From: a virus | Taxonomy: Duplodnaviria; Caudoviricetes | Virus record (IMG/VR): IMGVR_UViG_3300045973_000110 | Location: 1-54,613 of that record | Strand: one strand, 5' to 3' | DNA: 54,613 nucleotides | In this document: one piece after another, positions 46,671 to 54,613 of the stretch | How positions within the stretch are numbered: the stretch's first letter is position 1 | Layout of the letters: every line of letters starts with the position of its first letter | Position numbers and translations under genes: made by a program | The notes under the pieces: model-generated | Seen by the model: the letters and a program-made list of their open reading frames with translations, nothing else | Databases searched by the model: none | Told to the model about the DNA's origin: nothing

Positions 46671-47117
46671 ATGAAAAAAGAAACTAAGATGTCCTTGAAA
46701 CGATTAGAAGATTTACGCATTGCAGAATGTCGAAGAATAGATGAAAAAATGGAAATGAGTAATGTTTTCCTAGAAAAAATGCAGGCATCAGAAGCCGCTA
46801 GGCTAGATGCGATTAGAAGTGTCGATATGAATGCTGTAACTGTTGCAAATGAAAAAACAGTTGCACAAGCCGCTGTTTTAGCCACTCAGTTAGTAGAGAC
46901 TACAAACTCTTTACGTAATCTAATTACGGAAAGCCTTGAAAAACAGTCGAAAATGATTGAGGCAACAAATACTATAACTAATGAAAAAATTGATAAATTA
47001 GATAAGGTGCAGACAAGTACGGGTGGAAAATCAAGTGTAACCATGCCGTTATTAATGCTCGTTTCTAGTTTAATGGGTGGTTTGGTTATGTTTATTATTC
47101 AGAATTTAATGAAATAG
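46671..47117 (+). CDS. Coiled-coil protein with C-terminal TM anchor
   Basis: AAGGAGG RBS, hydrophobic C-terminus. Confidence 0.65.
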   Translation: MKKETKMSLKRLEDLRIAECRRIDEKMEMSNVFLEKMQASEAARLDAIRSVDMNAVTVANEKTVAQAAVLATQLVETTNSLRNLITESLEKQSKMIEATNTITNEKIDKLDKVQTSTGGKSSVTMPLLMLVSSLMGGLVMFIIQNLMK

Positions 47118-47148
47118 GTGTTTGCCACAAAAGGAAAGTTATTATCAT

Positions 47149-48279
47149 ATGAAATTATTTTTATCAATAATTATTTCGTTTTTTTTAATCACATGCGCTC
47201 TTCCAGTTCGTTCTGTTGGAACTGTGCAAACAAATCAACCAATCAACATGTTGGCGGGGGTAAAAGTGTTTAATGTAAAAGTAACTACTGGTCAGTTGAA
47301 TGTACGTGCTGTACCAGGCGGCAATGTTCTTGGATATTTTGTATTAGGTAACATTGTTGCGGTATATGAGAGTACAGTATATGACGGGGCGACATGGTAT
47401 AAAGTGTTATACAATGGAAAATACGGATGGATGCATTGTTTTTATACACAGGTCGTACCAACTGCTATGTCTTGGTATGCAAGCGTCGTATCAGTAGATA
47501 ATATGTATTCTCTTATTGGAACATTATCGAATAAAGACAACGCGCGTATCGCTGGTACGAATAGCGAAAAACTAGCTGGCGATATGTTGGAAACTAGACT
47601 TAAAAGTTATGGTTATACCGTTACTCGCCAATGGTTCCCAACATGGATTAAACTTTCAACTGGGGTTCGCGGAGCGAATTCTACGTCATCTAACGTATTT
47701 GCTAAGAGCGCACACTTTGACCCATTAAAGAAAACTGTAATTCTAATGGCTCACTATGATGGCGTGTATACGTATGCCGCCGATGACAATGCATCTGGTG
47801 TTGCTATGACCGTTGAATTGGCTCGCTACTTAGAAACTAGAACCGACCTACATGTTAACGTTGTAATATTATTGACTGGCGCCGAAGAGGGTAGACATCA
47901 CGGTTCTTTATATTATGCAGCCCACCCACTAGTACCACTTGCATCTACGCAACTTGTTATCAACTTAGATATGGTTGGCGCTGGTACAACGTATGAAATT
48001 TATAACTCTACCATATTAATGGGGCAAAAATACTTTGCGAGATATGCGTTTGGAGTTGGTAAGACCATTGGTATCAATATGTTATATTCGCAGTCTACAT
48101 ATTCAGACCATTTTTCATTTGAACCCAAAGGTATTCAATGTGTTACGTTTATGAACTTAAAATCATATACCTATTATCATACAGATTATGATACGTTAAG
48201 TAGAATTGATAAAAATGTTTTACGCAATATTTCCACGATGGCTCTTAATACTATCGAAGAAGCGAGCAGAACTTATTAA
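47149..48279 (+). CDS. Secreted SH3b + M28 family Zn-peptidase
   Basis: Signal peptide, SH3b (LNVRAVP..WYKV..GKYGW), M28 motifs AHYD, ADDNASG, AEE, NLDM, SDH, YHT. Confidence 0.88.
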   Translation: MKLFLSIIISFFLITCALPVRSVGTVQTNQPINMLAGVKVFNVKVTTGQLNVRAVPGGNVLGYFVLGNIVAVYESTVYDGATWYKVLYNGKYGWMHCFYTQVVPTAMSWYASVVSVDNMYSLIGTLSNKDNARIAGTNSEKLAGDMLETRLKSYGYTVTRQWFPTWIKLSTGVRGANSTSSNVFAKSAHFDPLKKTVILMAHYDGVYTYAADDNASGVAMTVELARYLETRTDLHVNVVILLTGAEEGRHHGSLYYAAHPLVPLASTQLVINLDMVGAGTTYEIYNSTILMGQKYFARYAFGVGKTIGINMLYSQSTYSDHFSFEPKGIQCVTFMNLKSYTYYHTDYDTLSRIDKNVLRNISTMALNTIEEASRTY

Positions 48280-48289
48280 AGACAAGTCT

Positions 48290-48353
48290 GGGGGTTACGT
48301 GTAGCCCCCGTAAAGACAAATAGGGTATACTACTAGTGTATACCCTTTATTTT
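48290..48353 (+). terminator. Tandem hairpins; the second is terminator-like
   Basis: GGGGGTTAC/GTAGCCCCC, then AGGGTATAC/GTATACCCT followed by TTATTTT. Confidence 0.65.
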
Positions 48354-48375
48354 GCAAACAACAAGGGGTGATTGA

Positions 48376-49332
48376 ATGAATAAAGATAAGTTAGATTTTT
48401 ATGCATCAAACGCTCACTTTTTAGACCATATGATTCCCATATGGAATATGCTACCAAGCGAGTATCGTGGTACTTTTTATATAGACAAACTATTATCTAA
48501 ATATGCCAGAAAATTAGGGTTGATATTTACGGTCGGGTTACCAACTAATAATATCACGCTTGTTTCATCTTATGGTGACTATAAAAAAGCAAGCGGAAAA
48601 GTTATTTATATGGAACATGGTATAGGCAACACATATAGTACGCATCATCCGTCATATGCTGGCGGTCTTGGGAAAGACAAAGTTGTATTATTCTTAAATC
48701 AACATGAGTTGACTCAAGAAAAAAACGTAGAGTCGTACCCATATGTTAAAAACGTTATCATAGGCACGCCTAAAATGGATTATATAATTCCAAGACCAAT
48801 AACTGGAAAAGTTATATGTCTTAGTTTCCACTGGGATTGTAAAGTTTGTCCAGAGACGCGCTCGGCATTCAATTATTATCGGTTTATTATACCAAAATTA
48901 TTAGAGTCGGATAAATATACACTGGTGATGCATGCACATCCGCATATGAACGGAGAATGGCAACAAGAATTTAGAACGTTAAAAGTGAAGTTTTATGAAA
49001 ACTTCTCAGATATATTAGAGATTGCAGATGTATATGTGGTGGACAATAGTTCGACAATGTATGAGTTCGCCGCCGCTGGAAGACCTGTCCTTGCATTGAA
49101 CTGCCCGTTATATCGCAAAGACGTGCATCACGGTATACGTTTTTGGGATTATATACCTGGTCAACAGGTTGAGAATTATCATGAGTTACCAGCCATTATT
49201 GAGCATACATTTGATAATCCGCATGAATGGGATGAACGCAGAAATGAAATAGTGGAAAAACTATATCCATACCGTGGTCAATCTACTAAGATGGCGGTAG
49301 ATGCCATAAAGGAGTATTTAGATAATGCTTAA
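48376..49332 (+). CDS. TagB/TagF-like (CDP-glycerol glycerophosphotransferase) GT-B fold protein
   Basis: YMEHG, GTPKMD, HAHP, ADVYVVDNSSTMYEFAAAGRPV. Confidence 0.7.
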   Translation: MNKDKLDFYASNAHFLDHMIPIWNMLPSEYRGTFYIDKLLSKYARKLGLIFTVGLPTNNITLVSSYGDYKKASGKVIYMEHGIGNTYSTHHPSYAGGLGKDKVVLFLNQHELTQEKNVESYPYVKNVIIGTPKMDYIIPRPITGKVICLSFHWDCKVCPETRSAFNYYRFIIPKLLESDKYTLVMHAHPHMNGEWQQEFRTLKVKFYENFSDILEIADVYVVDNSSTMYEFAAAGRPVLALNCPLYRKDVHHGIRFWDYIPGQQVENYHELPAIIEHTFDNPHEWDERRNEIVEKLYPYRGQSTKMAVDAIKEYLDNA

Positions 49333-49567
49333 AAAAGATAAAATGAAATTAATTCCACGTGATACGCCATATTGTTATCATTGGGACCCAAGCACCCTAA
49401 CGCGTACACCATGCCCATTCTTAACATATAAACCAAGAAAATCGAGGCATCGTTGGAAGATTGAGTGTGCCGATGTTGATAAACACTGGGAATATTGCAA
49501 GTATCTTAAGAAATATTTGAATATTCAAGACTTATGTAAGGATTGTGATTTCGGACATGGATGGTAA
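49325..49567 (+). CDS. Small Cys-rich protein
   Basis: AAGGAG RBS. Pattern YCY..CPF..CKYL..QDLCKDC. Confidence 0.6.
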   Translation: MLKKDKMKLIPRDTPYCYHWDPSTLTRTPCPFLTYKPRKSRHRWKIECADVDKHWEYCKYLKKYLNIQDLCKDCDFGHGW

Positions 49568-50234
49568 AAATGTAAGCATATTAATACTTAGTTGTGACAA
49601 ATATGATGATTTATGGATGCCGTTTTTCACATTAAAAGAAAAATACTGGAGCCCATGTAATTATACGACGTATATCGCTACTGATACAAAAGATTGTCCG
49701 TATGCCATAACTCTAAAACATGATTACCCAGTTTCAATGTGGACAAAGCGTATACGCGAGTCATTGATGCAGATACCAACAAAATATGTTATTATGATGG
49801 ACGGAGATTATTTTTTCAGAAACAGAGTAGACCAAGAGAGAATCGATTATTGTGTTTCTAAAATGAATAATAGTATTGCGTGCTTTAGTTTTGAACAAGA
49901 GTTTGCTCCAACCTTGCCATGCGAATTTCAGTGGTTCAGATTAAAGCCAAATATGTCGCAATTTCTTAGTTCGTGTCAAGCTGGGTTATGGGATAAACAA
50001 AAGTTAATTGATAGTATGTCAGAGGATATGAATCCATGGGAATGGGAAGAGAAAATCGTTAATTCACCATATAAATACTATGTTAACTCATACGCTCCGA
50101 TAATTGATTATGGTCACTATAAATACGGTGATATATTTGGGGTATATCGTAGTAAGTGGGTAAAAGATGATGTCGTACCTTTATTTGAAAGAGAGCATAT
50201 TGACATTGACTTTAGTAAAAGGGGATTCTATTAA
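49557..50234 (+). CDS. GT-A fold glycosyltransferase-like protein
   Basis: ILILSCDKYDDLW, DxD (MDGDY), QAGLW, NPWEWE. Confidence 0.65.
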   Translation: MDGKNVSILILSCDKYDDLWMPFFTLKEKYWSPCNYTTYIATDTKDCPYAITLKHDYPVSMWTKRIRESLMQIPTKYVIMMDGDYFFRNRVDQERIDYCVSKMNNSIACFSFEQEFAPTLPCEFQWFRLKPNMSQFLSSCQAGLWDKQKLIDSMSEDMNPWEWEEKIVNSPYKYYVNSYAPIIDYGHYKYGDIFGVYRSKWVKDDVVPLFEREHIDIDFSKRGFY

Positions 50235-50860
50235 TGAAAAAATTAAGCATCATCATACCTACGTATAATGTAGATAAGTATATCGAACAATGCCTTAGCT
50301 CTTTGTTACCACAGGTTGGAAAAAATGTCGAGGTTATTATTATCGACGACTGTTCGACTGATAGAACAAAAGAAAAGATAGACAAGATGATTAACAAATA
50401 TAACCGACCAGTAAAATTTATTCGCTTATCCAAAAATAGTGGTGTGAGTTTTGCTAGAAATATGGGGCTATCACTTGCCAGTGGCGATTATATTACATTT
50501 ATCGACGGTGACGATGCGGTGAGTAGCGAATATATAATTGCAATCCTACAAAATCTATTGCTTGGGTTCGACTATTATAAACTAAGTTGGTCTACGATGG
50601 TGGGCAAACCTGTAGTTTATAGAGCCAAAAACCTACCAGACTGGAATTGTAGCGTATGGAGTAGGATATTCAAATCAAGTATTATACAAAAAGAATTTGA
50701 CACTAGTAAGAAATGGGCTGAGGATTGGCAGTTTCTGCAAGATAATATTCGTGATAACTTGACATGTGGATACATTAATGATATAATCTATTTATATCGA
50801 AATGATAGAGAGGGGAGCCTTACTCAACAGATGCTTGATGCGGCAAAGAACACACAATGA
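50234..50860 (+). CDS. Glycosyltransferase family 2
   Basis: LSIIIPTYN, IIIDDCSTD, NSGVSFARNMG, FIDGDD, EDWQF. Confidence 0.92.
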   Translation: MKKLSIIIPTYNVDKYIEQCLSSLLPQVGKNVEVIIIDDCSTDRTKEKIDKMINKYNRPVKFIRLSKNSGVSFARNMGLSLASGDYITFIDGDDAVSSEYIIAILQNLLLGFDYYKLSWSTMVGKPVVYRAKNLPDWNCSVWSRIFKSSIIQKEFDTSKKWAEDWQFLQDNIRDNLTCGYINDIIYLYRNDREGSLTQQMLDAAKNTQ

Positions 50861-51810
50861 AACTTATCTTTTATAGTAAAAGGTTTATTGTTGGTGGGAT
50901 GGAAAACGCTGTTTATCACTTGGCTAGGTTATTAAAGCGCGATTTACATGCAGAAATAACAATTGTCTATGAAATCATTGATGACGGTACATTTCTTATG
51001 ACAGAAAAATATAAGAAAGAATTCGATACACAATATTTCTTAGATAGCGACGGCAGTATAAAGGATTTTTATTGCGATGTACTAATTAATTGCGACCCAA
51101 ATGCATTTGATTTACCGTATATACATGCCAAGCATACTATCCATTGGCTGCACTCTCGCTGCGTAAATTACAAAAACTTTCCGCATGAAAATATGGCGAT
51201 ATGCCAAAGCGAATGGCATAAACAAGAGTTAAAGGCACTCGGAATTGATGCAGTCGTTGTTAAAAATCCACTAGATATTCAGTTAATTAGAGAATTGGCA
51301 CTACAAGAGGTTGACAGGGGAAAGATACCAGAAAATAGAATTATATATTTAATGGCATGTCGTATTTCACCAGAAAAAGGCTTGGATAGGGCTATTTCTT
51401 TTATGAAAAAAGAGTACAACAAGGCTAATATATTAGTGGTAATTGGTGCGCCAACATATCCTAAAAATGAACAAATTAAAGAACGCATGATATTTAAGTT
51501 AGGTAAAAGAGTGGTGTTCCTTGGAGAGAAAATTAACCCATATCCATATATGCTACTAGCAGATTATATCTGTTCGTTCGCAGATTCTGAGACATATGGA
51601 ATTGTTAGCGAAGAGGCTCACATACTTAATAAGCCAGTCGTATTCTCTAAATATGATACCGCCAAAGACCAGTTTATTGAGGGGTTTGATAGTTGGATAT
51701 CAGAGGATAACTATTGCAAAAATAATGCAGTGCATGTTTATGATGAAAAAAAGAATATAGATGCATTAGAACAGTGGAAACGTATCTTAAATGCGTTGGA
51801 AATTGGGTAG
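50857..51810 (+). CDS. Glycosyltransferase, GT4-like (GT-B)
   Basis: GGME, RISPEKG, NPYPYMLLAD, ETYGIVSEEA (EX7E). Confidence 0.85.
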   Translation: MKLIFYSKRFIVGGMENAVYHLARLLKRDLHAEITIVYEIIDDGTFLMTEKYKKEFDTQYFLDSDGSIKDFYCDVLINCDPNAFDLPYIHAKHTIHWLHSRCVNYKNFPHENMAICQSEWHKQELKALGIDAVVVKNPLDIQLIRELALQEVDRGKIPENRIIYLMACRISPEKGLDRAISFMKKEYNKANILVVIGAPTYPKNEQIKERMIFKLGKRVVFLGEKINPYPYMLLADYICSFADSETYGIVSEEAHILNKPVVFSKYDTAKDQFIEGFDSWISEDNYCKNNAVHVYDEKKNIDALEQWKRILNALEIG

Positions 51811-51833
51811 AATTAAAAATCTACCCAATTTTT
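51800..51833 (+). terminator. Intrinsic terminator after the GT cluster
   Basis: AAATTGGGTAGA...TCTACCCAATTT followed by TT. Confidence 0.75.
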
Positions 51834-51841
51834 ACCATCGC

Positions 51842-51870
51842 TTGACAAACCAAATTATTTATGCTATAAT
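51842..51870 (+). promoter_or_regulatory. Sigma-A/70 promoter
   Basis: TTGACA-17 nt-TATAAT with extended -10 TG. Confidence 0.85.
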
Positions 51871-51899
51871 AAGACTATACTGAAAGAGAGGTATTATAG

Positions 51900-52367
51900 A
51901 TGAGGTGTTTTAAGAAGATTAGTCTAAAACAATACATTAAAGACGGTGGTACAGAAGAAGAATATAATAGTATAGTATTACCTATACGTGCAACTAAATT
52001 TTCCTCTGGGTATGATATTTGCACGCCGCGTAGAATTATTATTTCAAAAGGCGAATCTGTAAAAGTACCAACTGGAATTAGAGTTTTTATGGAAAACGAC
52101 GAAGTGTTCATGATGCATATTAGAAGTAGTATTGGGTCTAAGTTTGGCGTCAGAGTATCTAATTGTACTGGAGTAGTAGACTCTGATTATATTGCAGCCG
52201 ATAACCAGGGACATATATGGATGTTCCTGCATAACGATTCAGAGCATTTCTTTGAAATACAGGCTGGTAGTAAAATTTGTCAGGGTGTTTTCCACAAATA
52301 TCTGATTACCGACGATGATACCGCCGACGCTGTACGCACTGGCGGGGTTGGGAGTACTGGTAAATAA
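51900..52367 (+). CDS. dut: Trimeric dUTPase
   Basis: SGYDI, RSS, GVVDSDY, QGVF, RTGGVGSTG. Confidence 0.95.
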   Translation: MRCFKKISLKQYIKDGGTEEEYNSIVLPIRATKFSSGYDICTPRRIIISKGESVKVPTGIRVFMENDEVFMMHIRSSIGSKFGVRVSNCTGVVDSDYIAADNQGHIWMFLHNDSEHFFEIQAGSKICQGVFHKYLITDDDTADAVRTGGVGSTGK

Positions 52368-52368
52368 T

Positions 52369-52572
52369 ATGAAATATGCAAAATTCCTAGAGGATGTTGA
52401 GCTCGACGAGGGTATATATTTTTTTAGAAAAGGTCGCTCATATATTGTAGAGGAAGAGATTGAGGGCGGATATATGTTAGAGGAAGAAAGCGGGCTTTCT
52501 ATGGGTGTTAGAGACGCAGACAAAGGTATATTATATATTATTGTTGATAGTGTAATTCAAGCTATGAATTGA
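52369..52572 (+). CDS. Hypothetical protein
   Basis: 67-aa ORF directly after dut. Confidence 0.5.
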   Translation: MKYAKFLEDVELDEGIYFFRKGRSYIVEEEIEGGYMLEEESGLSMGVRDADKGILYIIVDSVIQAMN

Positions 52573-52579
52573 GGTAAAA

Positions 52580-52885
52580 ATGCAAGAAATAAAAAGTATG
52601 ATTCGATTTAAGGATTTAATCGAAGCAAACGACGATGTATTGGTTGAGTGGTTTACCACGTGGTGCGGTCCTTGTCGCATGTTATTACCAGTTTTAGAAG
52701 AGGTTGAGCCAATGTTCCCAGATATTATATTTCTTAAGATTGATGCAGAGGCACGGTTAGAAATATCAAAAGAATACGGTGTTGCATCTGTCCCAACCCT
52801 AATTAGATTTAAGAATGGTAAACCTATTTTTAAAACATCTGGCTACAGGTCAAAAGATGCGGTAACCAAGCTATTGACAGATTGA
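52580..52885 (+). CDS. trxA: Thioredoxin
   Basis: WCGPC active site and cis-Pro motif SVPT. Confidence 0.95.
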   Translation: MQEIKSMIRFKDLIEANDDVLVEWFTTWCGPCRMLLPVLEEVEPMFPDIIFLKIDAEARLEISKEYGVASVPTLIRFKNGKPIFKTSGYRSKDAVTKLLTD

Positions 52886-52902
52886 ATAATTTGTGATATA
52901 AT
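52874..52902 (+). promoter_or_regulatory. Sigma-A/70 promoter
   Basis: TTGACA-17 nt-TATAAT with extended -10 TG. Confidence 0.85.
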
Positions 52903-52924
52903 AGTATTATAAAAGGAGATACGA

Positions 52925-53365
52925 ATGTTCAAGCACGATATAGTTGACTCTGAATATCAGGCTGTGCGAGACGGGGATATAGTTGGTACGATGAGAATAA
53001 CAAAGATTGATTACGACACGTCAATAAATCTATCCACCTGTGACATTCGTGTAAACTATGATAACGGCGATGTATTTGTTGGTACGTTTACGATTAAGGC
53101 AATAGCATGGTGTTTTGTAGAATATGAGGATTTATTCGATATTCGTTTAATGGAAAAGGTATTATCGCTATCATTTTTTGAAAGTATGAAAAAACATACC
53201 GTGACAGCGCTACTATATGGTTCTACTACATGTTCGTTCTTATACGTATTTGGTGCAATATTTTTTAAGCAATACGGATTATTCCCAATTGGACTAAGTA
53301 TTGTATTATTATTCTTATCTTGGTTTATTTCGTCTAAAGTCAAGTTTAAATTAGTCAAGCGTTGA
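52925..53365 (+). CDS. Membrane protein (two C-terminal TM helices)
   Basis: AAGGAG RBS, hydrophobic C-terminus. Confidence 0.6.
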   Translation: MFKHDIVDSEYQAVRDGDIVGTMRITKIDYDTSINLSTCDIRVNYDNGDVFVGTFTIKAIAWCFVEYEDLFDIRLMEKVLSLSFFESMKKHTVTALLYGSTTCSFLYVFGAIFFKQYGLFPIGLSIVLLFLSWFISSKVKFKLVKR

Positions 53366-53391
53366 TACTCAACCCATGTTGAGTATTTTTT
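53365..53391 (+). terminator. Intrinsic terminator
   Basis: ATACTCAAC-ccat-GTTGAGTAT followed by T5. Confidence 0.75.
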
Positions 53392-53456
53392 AGCCCTACG
53401 AATTGACACAAACGGGTGTGGCATGAAACATTCGCCACACAAAAGGAGAATTCAGC

Positions 53457-53636
53457 ATGAATCAAACAATTACTCAGGTATCTAACGTCAACGTCGAATC
53501 GACTATCCAATTAGAAGGTGTATCTTACTGCCATTACTGTGGTGCTGTCTATGACCCTAGCGATTTAGAAGACGGTGTAGATAACGGGTTCTGCCAAGAC
53601 TGTGTAGACCAAATGGGTACATCGGAACAAAGCTAA
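53457..53636 (+). CDS. Small zinc-finger protein (not in the ORF track)
   Basis: AAGGAG RBS. 59 aa, MNQTITQ...CHYC...CQDC. Confidence 0.7.
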   Translation: MNQTITQVSNVNVESTIQLEGVSYCHYCGAVYDPSDLEDGVDNGFCQDCVDQMGTSEQS

Positions 53637-53641
53637 TATAC

Positions 53642-53670
53642 TTGACAAAACATTGTATTTGTGTTATACT
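53642..53670 (+). promoter_or_regulatory. Sigma-A/70 promoter
   Basis: TTGACA-17 nt-TATACT with extended -10 TG. Confidence 0.85.
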
Positions 53671-53708
53671 TATGTTGTAAGGTAAAACCTTAAAAGGAGG
53701 AATTATAT

Positions 53709-54613
53709 ATGCCGATTAAAAAATCCGATTCCAAAGTCAAAAAACCGCTGAAAATTTTGCTGTTTGGTCGCTCTGGTATTGGTAAAACCCATTTCGCTTT
53801 ACTGTCAACCCCAGGCAAAACGCTTGTATTTGACACTGAAAGCGGCACAGATTTTTTCGAGGGTCGTAAGGGATTTGAATTTGATTACTGGACAGATGAT
53901 GACGGTTTAAAAACCACGTCAATTCGTGAGTTAAACAAAGCCATCGATACGCTTGAAAAAGATTCAGATTGTAAGAGATACCAGACGTTTATCTTAGATG
54001 TAGCGTCAGATATTTGGGATGCTATTCAAGCACAGCGCTCTGAATACAAAGATGAAGTTGCGTCGAAACGTGGTATGAGTGTAGATGAAAGAAACGAAGC
54101 AGTATTGTTATCGTTTAATCAAAAAGATTGGGGCGACATGAAACGTATTTGGAAAAGTACAATCTCTCGCTTAAAAACTTTGCCACAAAACGTTATCTTA
54201 GTTGCTCGTGAAAAAGAAGTTGTCGAGACGTTACCGAATGGTGAAATGCGCTCTACTGGGCTATTCAACTATGAGGGCGAAAAGAATTTGATTTACGCCG
54301 TAGACTTTGCGATTCGTTTAGTTAAAGACGACAAAACAAACAAAAGAACCGCTATTGTAATCAAAACACGTCATGATGAAAAGGTTCCAGAGGGTAAGGT
54401 ATTCGTCGACCCTACGTTTAAGATGTTTGAAGGACTTGTCAATTCTATGGACGGTGGTAAAAAATCAACTGGTCTTAGTGATAAAGATGGGAATATCTTC
54501 TCTGAAGAGGAAAAAATTGCCGATTTACAGAGCAAAATCATCGATGAATGTAAGGCGCTTGGTGGCTCTAAAAATGCAGATTTAGTTGCAGTTCTAGAAC
54601 AGTTTGGTGCGAC
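53709..54613 (+). CDS. Sak4-like/AAA_24 P-loop ATPase (probably 3'-truncated; not in the ORF track)
   Basis: AAGGAGG RBS. Walker A GRSGIGKT, LVFDTESG, TFILD, DWG. Frame appears open to the window end. Confidence 0.8.
   Translation, partial: MPIKKSDSKVKKPLKILLFGRSGIGKTHFALLSTPGKTLVFDTESGTDFFEGRKGFEFDYWTDDDGLKTTSIRELNKAIDTLEKDSDCKRYQTFILDVASDIWDAIQAQRSEYKDEVASKRGMSVDERNEAVLLSFNQKDWGDMKRIWKSTISRLKTLPQNVILVAREKEVVETLPNGEMRSTGLFNYEGEKNLIYAVDFAIRLVKDDKTNKRTAIVIKTRHDEKVPEGKVFVDPTFKMFEGLVNSMDGGKKSTGLSDKDGNIFSEEEKIADLQSKIIDECKALGGSKNADLVAVLEQFGA

Noticed and set aside
733-53922. Numerous short minus-strand and nested plus-strand ORFs in the track
   Set aside because: These are shadow ORFs inside long, well-supported + strand genes, with no RBS or motifs.
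1-54613. Stop-codon reassignment
   Set aside because: Coding density is high under the standard code, TAA, TAG and TGA all end genes, and no suppressor tRNA is present.

Overview
This window is a slice of a large tailed dsDNA phage or prophage, with essentially all credible genes on the + strand. Consensus sigma-A promoters, AGGAGG RBSs and an M23/SH3 endolysin suggest a Bacillota host. The gene order resembles SPbeta-like siphoviruses: terminase large subunit (partial), portal, a ferritin-fold protein, prohead protease/scaffold, decoration protein, major capsid, head-tail and tail genes, a tyrosine recombinase inside the tail module, and a TP901-type tape measure. About 18 kb of baseplate, fibre and adhesin genes follow, then endolysin and holins, a WD40 protein and a solo TnpB. 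The accessory region has two tRNA(CAU) genes set in long structured non-coding DNA, an SH3-M28 peptidase, a four-glycosyltransferase cluster, dUTPase, thioredoxin and a partial Sak4-like ATPase. The most striking unexplained signal is a ~175-nt non-coding element present twice (44883-45059 and 46307-46476). The copies differ largely by compensatory base-pair changes, and each sits in a ~550-800-nt hairpin-dense locus, one of which embeds a tRNA. This is a candidate large ornate phage ncRNA, either GOLLD/ROOL-like or new. All protein calls come from motif recognition and synteny by eye; no database searches were run.
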